DNA of 64,000 nucleotides from Corallochytrium limacisporum Hawaii (lineage: Eukaryota > Protista > Pluriformea): NCBI GenBank assembly GCA_002811645.1, contig PDIP01000044.1:4286-68285 (forward strand). Reading direction: 5' to 3'. The position numbers and the translations under genes are program-made. The notes under the pieces were generated by a model. It was not told the origin of the DNA. It saw only the letters and a list, made by a program, of their open reading frames with translations, and did not search any database. Shown here piece by piece: positions 11,518-22,310 of this stretch (positions are counted from its first letter, which is position 1; each line of letters opens with the position of its first letter).

Positions 11518-13011
11518 CTAGGACGTAGACTTCTTGCGCTTCTTGGCACCGACACTAGCTGCACTTGCAGCTGCCGCAGCGGCCGCATCGACAGCATTCA
11601 GATGCTGCATATTGCGCATGTCAGCAATAGCAGCAGCAGCCGCAGCAGCAGCCATCGCGTCTGCCGACGGTTCATCACTGGCCAGAGATCCGTCTGCGGT
11701 GAAATTGGCGTTCATAATGGGCATGCCACCTACCTTGCGCCTCTTATGACTTGGCTCGTCAGTGCCGGTAATGTCAACATCCTCGTCTTCTTCGTCCTCA
11801 TCATTGTTCATGCCATCAGCAGTGACAGAAGCAACCCCGCTGGTCCTTGACTTAGACGAAGACTTCGTGTGCTTCTTACGCGGGGTGTTTGTTTTCCTTG
11901 TTGGCGTAATTTCTTCTTCGTCTTCTTCGTCATCCTCATTCGCATCCTCGTCATCTTCGGTCTTCATTCCCCTTACTTTACCCTTAGATCCATCCGTGGG
12001 ATGCCCACCTATGCCTGTAGGTCTGTGCTCGGGACAGAGTGCGCTCTTCAATTTCTTACGCACGGGAACATCGCATACTTCTTTGCCCGTCACCGGGTCC
12101 TTGTAGGTGCACCAAATGTAGCCACTGCGCTCGTCCAGCGGACAGTGGGGATGACAGTACTGAATGCCACTCTTTTTCTGGTTCATGCAACCATCAGCGA
12201 GACAGAAACCCTTGCGAGGCTTTCCGGGCTTTGCGCTGCGTACATTCTCAGGTTGAACGTCGTTGATGCCAACGGGGGCCCTCTTCTTCTTTGTGGGACT
12301 CGGGTCTGTGTCTTCTATGGTGTTACCGACCGCAGCGCTATCCGCAGCATTCACTAGTCCAGCAGCAGCAGCAGCGGCAGCAGCAGCCTTGGCCTGTGCA
12401 TTCATGGCCTTCATTTCCTTCTTTGCATCCGCAGCCGCTGACTTAGCCCGTTTGGTAAGTCGCTTGCTCAGAGACTGTGCCTTGGACGTCATGCCACTCG
12501 ACGGATCGTGTCGAGTATTCTGTGTCTTGATCTCTTCCTCTTGAAGATCAGTGGCAGCCCGTCCCTGTACCATCAACCGTTCATCCTCCTCCCGCAGCAA
12601 AGATCTCGCCTTTTCAGACTCTGTAGTGGGTACCTCCTCGTATTCCAGCAGCTTATCCATCAAGGATGAGCGTTCCTTCAGCAAGTGTGTTACCTTGATC
12701 TTATATTCATTCAGTTCGGCAATTAGAGCGTCTTCCTGATAGTATAATTCCTTGAGTCTGCGGGACATAAGGTTGTGTCTTGCCTCCAGCACGGCAGCGG
12801 CAGTATTGGGTGCTGGGGTCTTTTTCTTCTCCGAACCAGCCGGCTTATCCGCATCAGGACCCTCATGGTTCAATAGTGAGGCTGGAGTGCTGCCTTCAGC
12901 CTTTGGTTTCCGCACCCTCGGCCTTCCCGCCTTGGGCTTTTCTGCCGGTGCTGCTGTTTCCGCTCCTTCCTCGGGCAGCCCAGTTGGTACGGGATCCTCC
13001 ACGGCTGCCAT
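11518..13011 (-). CDS. Nuclear protein with INO80E/TFPT-like coiled coil and INO80D/KANSL2-like C3HC3H zinc finger
   Basis: RRLKELYYQEDALIAEL..KERSSLMDKLLEYE resembles the INO80E N-terminus. CLADGC..YCHPHC..WCTY..C..P..LCPEH resembles zf-C3Hc3H. AT-hook-like GRPR and C-terminal NLS KKRKK. Confidence 0.65.
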   Translation of the reverse strand: MAAVEDPVPTGLPEEGAETAAPAEKPKAGRPRVRKPKAEGSTPASLLNHEGPDADKPAGSEKKKTPAPNTAAAVLEARHNLMSRRLKELYYQEDALIAELNEYKIKVTHLLKERSSLMDKLLEYEEVPTTESEKARSLLREEDERLMVQGRAATDLQEEEIKTQNTRHDPSSGMTSKAQSLSKRLTKRAKSAAADAKKEMKAMNAQAKAAAAAAAAAGLVNAADSAAVGNTIEDTDPSPTKKKRAPVGINDVQPENVRSAKPGKPRKGFCLADGCMNQKKSGIQYCHPHCPLDERSGYIWCTYKDPVTGKEVCDVPVRKKLKSALCPEHRPTGIGGHPTDGSKGKVRGMKTEDDEDANEDDEEDEEEITPTRKTNTPRKKHTKSSSKSRTSGVASVTADGMNNDEDEEDEDVDITGTDEPSHKRRKVGGMPIMNANFTADGSLASDEPSADAMAAAAAAAAIADMRNMQHLNAVDAAAAAAASAASVGAKKRKKSTS

Positions 13012-13735
13012 TGGACCGAGATTTCAATATGGCAAATTACCAATACTGTGTATATATTCCAGGTGGTGCTTAATCTTTAGTCTACATGACTGTGGTTCTC
13101 TGTTCACGTGTTCGTGTCCGGATCTCATCAAACAATATAGATCTGAGCATTTGGCCGTCCTACGGCTGCATTTCAATTTATTTTCATACATAAACTTTTC
13201 TTTTTTGAGTACCCATCCGAGGATCTCTATTGCTAGTAATACAAATATTACTATCATACACTCCATACACCCTTTCCCCCGTTTTTGCGCACCAAATCTG
13301 TTCAAAACAGCCACTTCACATCTGCCTAACAGTACATAACACCATCCATGTAACATTTGGAAACCATTGTCTCCAAATTCTAATTGTTTACCGTTGTCCA
13401 CTGTGTGCGCGTGCCTGCTGTACTTGCGGTGCCACATCGTTGTTTTTCCTTTCCTTTTTTTTGCACAGCCTTCCCTCCGTCCCCCTTTTTTTTCCCTTTT
13501 TTCTCCTTTTTTCCAAAATTTTTGTTCCAGGGTGTCTTTTTGTGTGACACACGGACCGCCAGGCGGTGCAGGGCAGCAACTGCCCGACGCCGCGACACAG
13601 TGGGGGGCTGGGCGACCCTTTTTGCTGGGCCCTTTTGGGGACCAAAGACGCGGGGGACAAGTGGCGAGGGAGGGGGCACCTCCGCCAAGCAAAGCCTCAG
13701 CAGCGCACCGCAGCACTGCAAAGCCCCCCCCCCCC

Positions 13736-13825
13736 NNNNNNNNNNNNNNNNNNNNNNNNNNNNNNNNNNNNNNNNNNNNNNNNNNNNNNNNNNNNNNNNN
13801 NNNNNNNNNNNNNNNNNNNNNNNNN
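13736..13825. other. Assembly gap (90 N) with duplicated flanks
   Basis: AGCACTGCAAAG+poly(C) occurs on both sides of the gap. Confidence 0.95.
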
Positions 13826-14618
13826 AGCACTGCAAAGCCCCCCCCCCCTGTAAATCTCCCGAATCGGGGCCCGGGATGGGCAGCAAAGTGGTGCCAATGG
13901 CCACCGATTGGGGTGGCACCCACACCGTTTGTCTCGCCCCCTTTTTCTTTTTTAGATATATATTCGATTTTTTTTTCTTTGTTTCCCCGGTGGTCTCCCA
14001 TTTGTTTAACGGCGCAAAGTTCCGGTTTCGGTACTCAAACTAGCGGAATACGAGTTCGCTGCGTGCGGCAGAAAAAGGACACGGGGGAGCCAGCGGGCCC
14101 TCCCCGGGAGGGGTGAGGAGGGGCCCCGAGAGACCAGAAGCTCCGCGACACAGGGGGTCCGGGTCGCGCGACCGTCCTGCGGATTGGAGACAATGGCACG
14201 CCGATTTTTATGCCCAGCGGTTCCAGTCGGGACAAAAATAAATCAGTTTTCATTTTTGTATTGTTTCTCTCGTTTTCTCTTTTTTTTTTTTTTTGTTTTT
14301 CCCCCTCTTTGGCCCCATTCACTTTTTTGTGTTCTTTGGGTCGGTCCTACTCCCTTACTTTCTCTCGCCTCTTTTTTTTGTTTCTCCTATCCACTGCTCT
14401 CTGCGTTCTCCCCGGTCTCTTATCTCCTCATGCATTTTTCAGCTTTTACTTGTTAATTTGGTGTTATTTTTTTTTTTTGGTCCTTTGTTTCCGGCTTAGC
14501 TGGGGAGCCCCACTGCCCGTTGGTTGCCGCGGGCTTTCGTTGGTATTGAGGATGGCCCCTCCCTCCCCGTCCCCCGCGCTTGGTGAAGGTTGGAGGGGGG
14601 GGGGGGGGGGGGGCGGTT

Positions 14619-14739
14619 NNNNNNNNNNNNNNNNNNNNNNNNNNNNNNNNNNNNNNNNNNNNNNNNNNNNNNNNNNNNNNNNNNNNNNNNNNNNNNNNNN
14701 NNNNNNNNNNNNNNNNNNNNNNNNNNNNNNNNNNNNNNN
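14619..14739. other. Assembly gap (121 N) with duplicated flanks
   Basis: GTGAAGGTTGGAGGG..poly(G)..CGGTT occurs on both sides of the gap. Confidence 0.95.
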
Positions 14740-15327
14740 GTGAAGGTTGGAGGGAGGAAGGGGGGGGGGGCGGTTGGGCGGCGGCGGCTCGATGCCTTGC
14801 TGGAGCTTACAACCCCCCTCCCCCAACCCCTCTCCCGCCTTTGCGCTCTGCCCCACCGTCGGTGTCAGAGCCGCAGTGCCGAAAGTATGCATGCAAAGAG
14901 ATCCCAGCGAAGGTGCTCGATTTGCCCTGCTGGAGGCGCTTGCGCGAAAGCAGGATACGGGTAAGGAAGTATTGGGGGACAACGGAAGGAATCCAACGGG
15001 GCCCGCAAAGAATCCCATCTTCATAGTGAATGTACCAGAGCAGCACGCACGGAAAATGCCGGGCACTAGGCACCGGAAACCAGCCCAAAATATTTCCCGG
15101 TAGGGGCGACGGTGGCGTACTGGGGTCCTGGGTTAATTTGTGTAATGAGGTCGTCAGTTCGTCTGCGCAATGGGTGAGCAAAGGTCTCCGTTTGGACTCA
15201 GGGACCCGCCGGTTCAGAGGAGGTGCACAAGTGTGGGGGAAAGGGTCGCTCTGGCCTTTGGACGACGGGTCAGTGCGCGCTTTAGCGTTGCAGAACCCGC
15301 AAAAGTTACAACCGGGAACGCAGAGGC

Positions 15328-16161
15328 TTGATCCAACTGCTCAGGGCAATCCAGGACGAGTTGGGCGATGGTGGTACCTTCAAGACCTTGTGTCAGTTTG
15401 TAAAGCACGAACATGACCTGAATGACGGTTTCAAAGAAATTGTTGCCCGGGAGGAGCATGTCAGGAACATGTTACACCAGTTATCAATGGATCTCGTAGA
15501 GGAACGGGACGGCAAGGGGGAGGATCAGCGCGTCAAACTTGAGCACATTGCCCAACTTAAGGACGCTCGGCACCAGACCAAAAACCAGACTGCCATGGAG
15601 ACTCAGTACACGGAGACCGAGACCCAGGTAAGTATTGAGTTTACTACGCGAGCATACAAGATTGCCGATGAAGAACTGGCCGATAGTGTCATGTCCATGA
15701 AGAAGAAGATTAAAGACGAGAACATAGCCCACAAAGAAGTTGTAGACTTCCTGAAGCAGCACCAAGCAACCTTGGAAGAGATACTGCAGGAGCGCATGGA
15801 CAGCTACGAAAACGACATCGAGTCCAAGATTGCAGAATTTGAAGCTGTTAAGTTGGAGCGTGGGCAGACACTGAAAAAGCTTCAGGACTCAACGTCCCAG
15901 TTCACACACTGCGAGCGCACCATCATCGAGGAGCGCAATGCCCATGCTGAAGCCAAGGCCAAGGAGCACAGGAACAAACTGGAGAACTTTGCATCCACCA
16001 TCATCCAGGCCACCTGGCGTGGTTACTATACACGCAAGAAACTCAAGGAGCCCTCAAAGAAGAGCAAGAAGAGCAAGAAGGGCAAGAAATCGGACGGGAA
16101 GTCCGGCAAGAATTCCGGCAAGAATTCCGGCAAGAATTCCGGCAAGAAAGGCAAGAAATAG
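15328..16161 (+). CDS. IQCG: IQ motif-containing protein G / dynein regulatory complex subunit DRC9; 5' end missing or disrupted
   Basis: Colinear similarity to IQCG (ELGDGGTF, IVAREE, IAQLKD, EVVDFLK, MDSYENDIE, ERTIIEER), IQ motif IQATWRGYYTRK and a Lys-rich tail. No in-frame ATG precedes the homologous region, and there is an in-frame TAG at 15283. Confidence 0.85.
   Translation: MIQLLRAIQDELGDGGTFKTLCQFVKHEHDLNDGFKEIVAREEHVRNMLHQLSMDLVEERDGKGEDQRVKLEHIAQLKDARHQTKNQTAMETQYTETETQVSIEFTTRAYKIADEELADSVMSMKKKIKDENIAHKEVVDFLKQHQATLEEILQERMDSYENDIESKIAEFEAVKLERGQTLKKLQDSTSQFTHCERTIIEERNAHAEAKAKEHRNKLENFASTIIQATWRGYYTRKKLKEPSKKSKKSKKGKKSDGKSGKNSGKNSGKNSGKKGKK
16102..16148 (+). repeat. 12-bp coding tandem repeat (TCCGGCAAGAAT, about 4 copies; SGKN)
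   Basis: Visible directly in the IQCG C-terminal tail. Confidence 0.9.
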
Positions 16162-17465
16162 ACATCTATATCATTCTCTTCTCGTTAGCCGGTGGTCCGT
16201 GACAACTCGTCACCTGGTGGTCGAATACGCTCATCACGTTCTGTTCTATTGTACCCACCTTCGGAACAGGCCGATCATCGTCGTTTGCCAACACCCGCGG
16301 GCTGGACGATGCTACTGGGCTGCCCCAAATCAATAAATCTCCTCGCTCCTTCACGGGGTTGCATGGGGTCGTGCCCGTGCTCTGCGATATTGAGTCCCCG
16401 TCTCAGTCCCTCCATTCTTTTTGCCTTCATTTTCCGTAGCCGGCACAGCTTCCGTACATTCATTATGTGGCACACAAAATTGCACCCTGAGAGATAGCGA
16501 CGACCTAGGTTGGTACCAGGGGTACCGCTTTTGTGCTTGGTGGTGCCCCCTGTTGGTTCTCGCGTCCTGCGGTGTCTACAGTACCGACTCACAGATTCCC
16601 AGATGGTCCAGAGGGCGGAGAACGGTCGCCCACCCAGGAAGGGAAAAAAAAAAACAAAGCGGAAACAAAAATCAGCGCGAAAAGTAGGCGTTGGAGAGCA
16701 AAGCTGAGTCCCTCTCCCTCCCTGAAGGGAGGACGTAGCGGTCTTCCCCAGTCTCAGTCGGAACTCCTCGCCCCATATGACTCGTTCACGTCGGCTTTTC
16801 TGGTCACTGTGAGGCTTTGGGGCGGTTTAGGAAGCAAGGGAAGGGGGGGGGGTTGTGTGGTGTGGTTGGCGCCATGTGTGTGCACCCCCGCTTCCTTTGT
16901 TTCAGTCGCCCGGGTACGCGGTGTACACGTCTCTGAACCCCCTCCCCAAGGCAGCGATGTGGCCGCTTGAGACCCTGCGAGCCTGGCGGTACTGAATGTA
17001 CCGACTGCCCTTGAGCGTTCGTGTGGGTGGGGAACGTGAGGTGCGGAAGGGACCGAAAAAGGTGTCATCCTGAGAAATTCCTATGTGGACCTTACACCGC
17101 TCTCTTCGTCCTTCCTGTGATTTTGGGCTTTATTAGCATGTTCCTTTTGAAAACGAACGTCCGTTGAAATTTTACAGTCCATGAATTCAGCTTTTCGAAA
17201 CCACATACCTCCTTTGAAAGCGGTCAATTGTGCGAAGGGCAGAACGTTGCAAGGTCCTTGAGGTGTACCTGTTGTCTGATCAACTTGGTAGTTTTGTTCA
17301 TAGCCTGTGGAGACATAAACATAGAATTAGCAGAATAGCCAGGGAAATAGTCACTGTTAGATATTGACTATGATGAAAGTGTTCAAAGGTGACATGGGAT
17401 AGGACCTCAACTAGGAGGCGAGAGACCTGTAACGCTAGACTTGAGAACAGGAACGCAAATCCAAC

Positions 17466-20400
17466 ATGCCGGCGTCCAGGGGCCCAGCGCCTTGGGAAGA
17501 CGACCCCAATGTTTATGGGGTAAGGCGGAGCGGTAGGGCAGCTAAAGTGAATTATAATGAAGACGCCATGTTCGATGATGACGATGACGATAGCGACGCT
17601 GGCCCCAGCAGGGCGCGTGCTTCTAGCAGTCGACTTCGCGGGGCCAATCGGCGGCGGAAGAATAGTGAAGAAGATTTCATTGTCGATGATGACGAAGAGG
17701 AAGAAGAAGACGAACTCGATGACGATGACGAACCAGAGTTTGAAATGCCGTTGCTTACCTCGGGTAGGCGTGCTGCAGCAAGAGCGGTGCAGAACTTTAG
17801 GGAGGACTCCGGGGATGATTTCGATGACTTTGATGACTACGCCAGTCCGGCACCTCGTCGCAATACAGCAGCTCGAAGGGCGGCGACGAGAAAACCCGTG
17901 ATTGTGGACAGTGATGATGATTACGGCAGTGGAGGAGGTGGCGGAGGTGGTAGGCCACGCAGTGGACGGCGCAAACAACAGATTGCCAGCGACGACGACG
18001 AATTTGGTGACTTTGATGAGACGGAAGACGAGCTGGATGACTCAGTCTCCTTCGATGATGAAGACGACGATTTTGCGCCACAACGTCGAGGTGCATCACG
18101 AACACCAAAAAAGAAGAAAGGCAAGAAGAAGGGTAAGAAGAGCTCGTCGCGCAACCAGTCCAGTGGTGGGTATGACAACCTTAACGATTCAGTTGCGTCT
18201 ACTGGAGATGACTTTAGTGGTATTAATGCTAAACTGCAGCGGCGCAAAGCTATGGCGCTTAAGGCTAAATTGGCTGACGTAGAGAACAGCAGTGAAGATG
18301 AAGATCTCATGGATGAGGATGAGATCAGGATGCGCCGGGAGCGCAAAGCTCAATTGAAGCAGCAGGCCTACTACGCTGGAGCGCAGACGGAGGAGGAAGC
18401 AGAACCCGAGCCAACCATTGACCGGGTATGCCAGACCAGCCAGGATTTTCGTGATTATGTCGGAGACGATGACAAGTATATGATCAAATGGAAGGGTAAA
18501 TCCCATGTGCATAATACTTGGCATACCAAATTGGAATTGGACAACGTGGGGGTCAAGGGCATGAAGAAGCTGGACAACTTCATCCAGAGACACAATAGTG
18601 ACGCCTACAATATCCAGCATGTGTCGCGCGAGGAGGCGGATGCCATTCTTTGTGACAAGGAAATGGATCAGGACATGCTTGACGAGTTTACCATTGTCGA
18701 GCGTGTGATTGCAGTACGCGAACGGAGAGCGGACCGACCGAATGACCCTCCAGAGGCAACCATGGTGACAGAGTATATGGTAAAGTGGCAGGGTGTGCCA
18801 TATGGAGAATCTACATGGGAGAGAGAGGACTGGTGCACTGAGCACTGTGCGGATCAGATCGATTTGCTTCTGCAAAGAAACAACAACCCCAATGTGCCCA
18901 AGAAGTCCATTCCGCATAAAATGCACCGTCCGCGTTTCAATGAGATTAAGGAACAGCCTTCTTTTTTGGGTTCGGACGAATTGCGCCTGCGCAGCTACCA
19001 GCTGGATGGTTTGAACTACCTCGTGTACAGTTGGACAGTCAGCAACTCTTGTATTCTAGCTGACGAAATGGGATTGGGTAAGACGATCCAGACCATCTCG
19101 TTCCTGTCATACCTCTTCCATGCTTTCAACTTACATGGTCCATTCCTGGTTGTTGTACCTCTTAGTACACTGATGGCTTGGCAGAGAGAATGCGCCCGTT
19201 GGGCGCCTGCCATGAACACCATTGTGCTGCTCGGTGACGAGAAGAGTCGGGATATGATTGTCGACTACGAGTTTTTCCAGGACGATGGCAAGACCCTCAA
19301 GTTCAACTGCATGTTAACCACATATGAAATGGTGCTGAAGTGCCACGAAATGCTTTTGGACATTCCATGGGCGGTTCTTATGGTAGACGAGGCTCATCGT
19401 CTGAAGAATGCAGAAAGCTCTCTGTACAAAGCACTTACATCATTGCGCACCTATCATCGCCTGCTGATCACTGGTACTCCTCTGCAGAATAGTATGAAGG
19501 AACTGTGGGCGCTCTTGGCATTCTTGATGCCTCGAAAGTTTGGATCTTGGGAGGAATTCGAGGCAGAGCATGGCAACCTCAGCGATCAGACTCACGTTCA
19601 AAATCTACACTCTGTCCTACAACCATACATGATGCGCCGTGTGAAGAAGGACGTGGAAAAGTCCCTACCGCCGAAGGTGGAACGTATTTTGCGGGTCGAA
19701 ATGTCTGGACTGCAGAAGCAGCTGTACCAGTGGATTCTCACACGCAACTACTCCATGTTGAGTTCAAAATTGAAGGGATCCAAGGCGAGCTTTGTCAATG
19801 TGGTAATGGAACTAAAGAAGTGCTGCAACCATCCCTTCTTGACTACTCAAGAGTACCAGGATTTGGAGGCGGCCTCGTTGGATGATTTGATCCGTACTGC
19901 TGGTAAGATGTTCTTGCTGGACAAACTACTGACCCGCTTGAAGGAGCAGGGCCATCGTGTGCTGATTTTTAGCCAGATGGTTATGATGTTGGATGTTTTG
20001 GGAGAGTACCTGCGAAAGCGTGGGTTCAAATTCCAACGTTTGGATGGTGGCACTGGACGTGACCGCCGTCGCATGGCCATGGATCATTTCAATGCTCCGG
20101 GCTCTGAAGATTTTTGTTTCCTGTTGAGTACCCGCGCCGGCGGTCTGGGTATTAACCTGGCCACTGCCGACACAGTTATTATCTTTGACAGCGATTGGAA
20201 TCCACAAAATGATTTGCAGGCCGAGGCCCGTGCCCATCGTATTGGCCAGAAGAATGTGGTTAGTATCTACCGCCTTATGACCAAGGACACGGTCGAGGAA
20301 AATATTTTGAAGAAGGCTAAGGAGAAAATGTTGTTAGATCACCTCGTTATTCAGCGGATGGATACCAGCGGCCGTGTGGTGAGCGGTGGCGAGAACAAGT

Positions 20401-22310
20401 CAAAGGTCCCGTTTTCCAAGGACGAACTCAACAAACTTCTTAAGTTTGGGGCATCCAACATGTTTGCGGGGGCAGAGAATGACGATGATGAAGATGACGG
20501 CAAGCCTCCAGGGAGCGGGCCTATCAAGGATAAGTCTAAGCTGGAAGATATCGATTTAGACGCCATCCTGGATCGTGCTGAAGTGTCAGAGGATGCGGAG
20601 AAGACCACTGCCGGTGACCAGTTCCTGAATCAGTTCAAGGTCACTGAGTTTAGCGCGGCCGAATTGGAGAAGGACTGGGATCAGATTATCCCCAAGAAGC
20701 AACGTGAAAAGATTGAGAGGGAAGAGGAAGAGAAGCGGCTCAAAGAGATGAATTTGGGTCGCCGCCGTGTCAAACCTGTAATGACTTACACAGAGGAGTT
20801 TGGTGATGAGACGGATAGCAAAGGCACTACACGGTCAAAGAAGGAACGCAATAAGCGCGGCGGTGGCTCTGCTGCAGAGAGCGGCGATGACGTCTCCACT
20901 AAGCGGCGCCGTCGTGAGCCCGCTGCTGGCGGCGAGGGCTGCCACGGTATGGACGCTACCGACTTACGCCGCTTTGAAAGGGCACTCCGCAAGTTTGGTT
21001 CTTCACCTGAGCGTCGAGACGAAGTACTCAGGGACGCGCAGCTTGACGATTTGAATCTTGATGGTGCAACGCTGGACAAGATTGTATCCACACTGACCAC
21101 CGCTGCAAGGACTGCAATCAAGGAACGCGAAGAGGAGGACAAAAACAAGCCCAAGGAAGATAAGGATCAGAAGGCAGTGCGACGGCCGGTGGTGACTGCC
21201 CAGGTTGGGGACGTAAAGTTTAATGCGGAAGAGTTTTCAGAGCGCCAAGAGCAAATGGCGTTCCTGCAAAGCCTCTTTGCTGGTATGCAGGAGCCAACGA
21301 AGTACCGCATTAAGCGCCAGGTCAAAGCGGCGCAGTTCCGCAACCAGTGCATCAAGACATGGAGTATTGTGGAGGACAGCATGCTCTTGTACGCCGTCTG
21401 GCGCCACGGCTTGAGCAACTGGGACGCCGTTAAAAGGGACACAGCCGCTATTCCGAACCTTCCGGAGATCATTTTACCTAATGAGGAGCAACGTGCCCGG
21501 GGCTTTATCAGTCCCACCGCGATTCAGCTCGACCGCCGTGCCATCAATCTGATCAACATTGTCATGGAACGCAGCCCTGGTGCGGGAACCGGCGCTCTCG
21601 GTGGTACCAGCCGGCTTGAGCGCAACCAAAAGGCTGCTGCGCGGAAGCAACGTGCAGCCGCAGCCGCGGCAGCGGGAGGTGGCATGAGTGCCGATAGCGC
21701 GAACAGGGCGGGAGGCGCTCATCTAGCTGGCTCGGGCTCTGCTCCGGAAGCCCCCGCAGAGGTGATGGCATGCAAAGCAGACCTCAGACCGCTTCGTGAC
21801 GAATTGCGCGCCTGCCGTGACTTTGTTGCGGAGATCGGCACCCACCCAGAGAAGCACCCGGACAAAACTGCAAACCGTCAGCGCCTACTGAATTTTGTCA
21901 AGATCTTTGGTGACCACATTGAGACCAAAGCAACGGAGAAAGCGGATTCAGCTACGGCCAAGATGAACATGTGGAAGTTTGTGGAAATATTTTTGGATAT
22001 GGGCATGTCGTGGGAGAAGCTCCAGGCACGGTACGAAAGGCAGAAAGGACAACATAGTGGACCCGATCACCACAGCCACCACCATGATGCTAAGCCGGCG
22101 CACCATGGACACCATCAAGATGATACCAAGGTTACACACCACGGCATGTATCGGCATGATGCTGCTGCCTCCAAGGCTGAGGATGTCAAGCCCAAAGTCG
22201 AATTTGTGCCAGGTACGAAACCCCCCGCCGAAATGCCGGCGATGAAGGTCGGGGATGACGACGATGTGAAGCCCAAGATTGAGCAGGATACCGCGAACGG
22301 ACACGCATGA
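17466..22310 (+). CDS. CHD1: Chromodomain-helicase-DNA-binding protein 1 (CHD1/2 family remodeller)
   Basis: Tandem chromodomains (YMIKWKGKSHVHNTW, YMVKWQGVPYGESTWE). SNF2 ATPase (ILADEMGLGKT, DEAH, TRAGGLGINL, ARAHRIGQ). SANT-SLIDE (WSIVEDSMLLY..HGLSNW) and a CHCT-like C-terminal region. Confidence 0.96.
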   Translation: MPASRGPAPWEDDPNVYGVRRSGRAAKVNYNEDAMFDDDDDDSDAGPSRARASSSRLRGANRRRKNSEEDFIVDDDEEEEEDELDDDDEPEFEMPLLTSGRRAAARAVQNFREDSGDDFDDFDDYASPAPRRNTAARRAATRKPVIVDSDDDYGSGGGGGGGRPRSGRRKQQIASDDDEFGDFDETEDELDDSVSFDDEDDDFAPQRRGASRTPKKKKGKKKGKKSSSRNQSSGGYDNLNDSVASTGDDFSGINAKLQRRKAMALKAKLADVENSSEDEDLMDEDEIRMRRERKAQLKQQAYYAGAQTEEEAEPEPTIDRVCQTSQDFRDYVGDDDKYMIKWKGKSHVHNTWHTKLELDNVGVKGMKKLDNFIQRHNSDAYNIQHVSREEADAILCDKEMDQDMLDEFTIVERVIAVRERRADRPNDPPEATMVTEYMVKWQGVPYGESTWEREDWCTEHCADQIDLLLQRNNNPNVPKKSIPHKMHRPRFNEIKEQPSFLGSDELRLRSYQLDGLNYLVYSWTVSNSCILADEMGLGKTIQTISFLSYLFHAFNLHGPFLVVVPLSTLMAWQRECARWAPAMNTIVLLGDEKSRDMIVDYEFFQDDGKTLKFNCMLTTYEMVLKCHEMLLDIPWAVLMVDEAHRLKNAESSLYKALTSLRTYHRLLITGTPLQNSMKELWALLAFLMPRKFGSWEEFEAEHGNLSDQTHVQNLHSVLQPYMMRRVKKDVEKSLPPKVERILRVEMSGLQKQLYQWILTRNYSMLSSKLKGSKASFVNVVMELKKCCNHPFLTTQEYQDLEAASLDDLIRTAGKMFLLDKLLTRLKEQGHRVLIFSQMVMMLDVLGEYLRKRGFKFQRLDGGTGRDRRRMAMDHFNAPGSEDFCFLLSTRAGGLGINLATADTVIIFDSDWNPQNDLQAEARAHRIGQKNVVSIYRLMTKDTVEENILKKAKEKMLLDHLVIQRMDTSGRVVSGGENKSKVPFSKDELNKLLKFGASNMFAGAENDDDEDDGKPPGSGPIKDKSKLEDIDLDAILDRAEVSEDAEKTTAGDQFLNQFKVTEFSAAELEKDWDQIIPKKQREKIEREEEEKRLKEMNLGRRRVKPVMTYTEEFGDETDSKGTTRSKKERNKRGGGSAAESGDDVSTKRRRREPAAGGEGCHGMDATDLRRFERALRKFGSSPERRDEVLRDAQLDDLNLDGATLDKIVSTLTTAARTAIKEREEEDKNKPKEDKDQKAVRRPVVTAQVGDVKFNAEEFSERQEQMAFLQSLFAGMQEPTKYRIKRQVKAAQFRNQCIKTWSIVEDSMLLYAVWRHGLSNWDAVKRDTAAIPNLPEIILPNEEQRARGFISPTAIQLDRRAINLINIVMERSPGAGTGALGGTSRLERNQKAAARKQRAAAAAAAGGGMSADSANRAGGAHLAGSGSAPEAPAEVMACKADLRPLRDELRACRDFVAEIGTHPEKHPDKTANRQRLLNFVKIFGDHIETKATEKADSATAKMNMWKFVEIFLDMGMSWEKLQARYERQKGQHSGPDHHSHHHDAKPAHHGHHQDDTKVTHHGMYRHDAAASKAEDVKPKVEFVPGTKPPAEMPAMKVGDDDDVKPKIEQDTANGHA

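Noticed and set aside
13024-15103. ORFs spanning the N gaps (e.g. 13024-14001, 13367-14116, 14464-15066)
   Set aside because: They are open only because of Ns and homopolymers, and have no protein-like motifs.
16102-16148. Short direct-repeat array as CRISPR-like
   Set aside because: Spacerless 12-bp coding tandem repeat in a eukaryotic gene.
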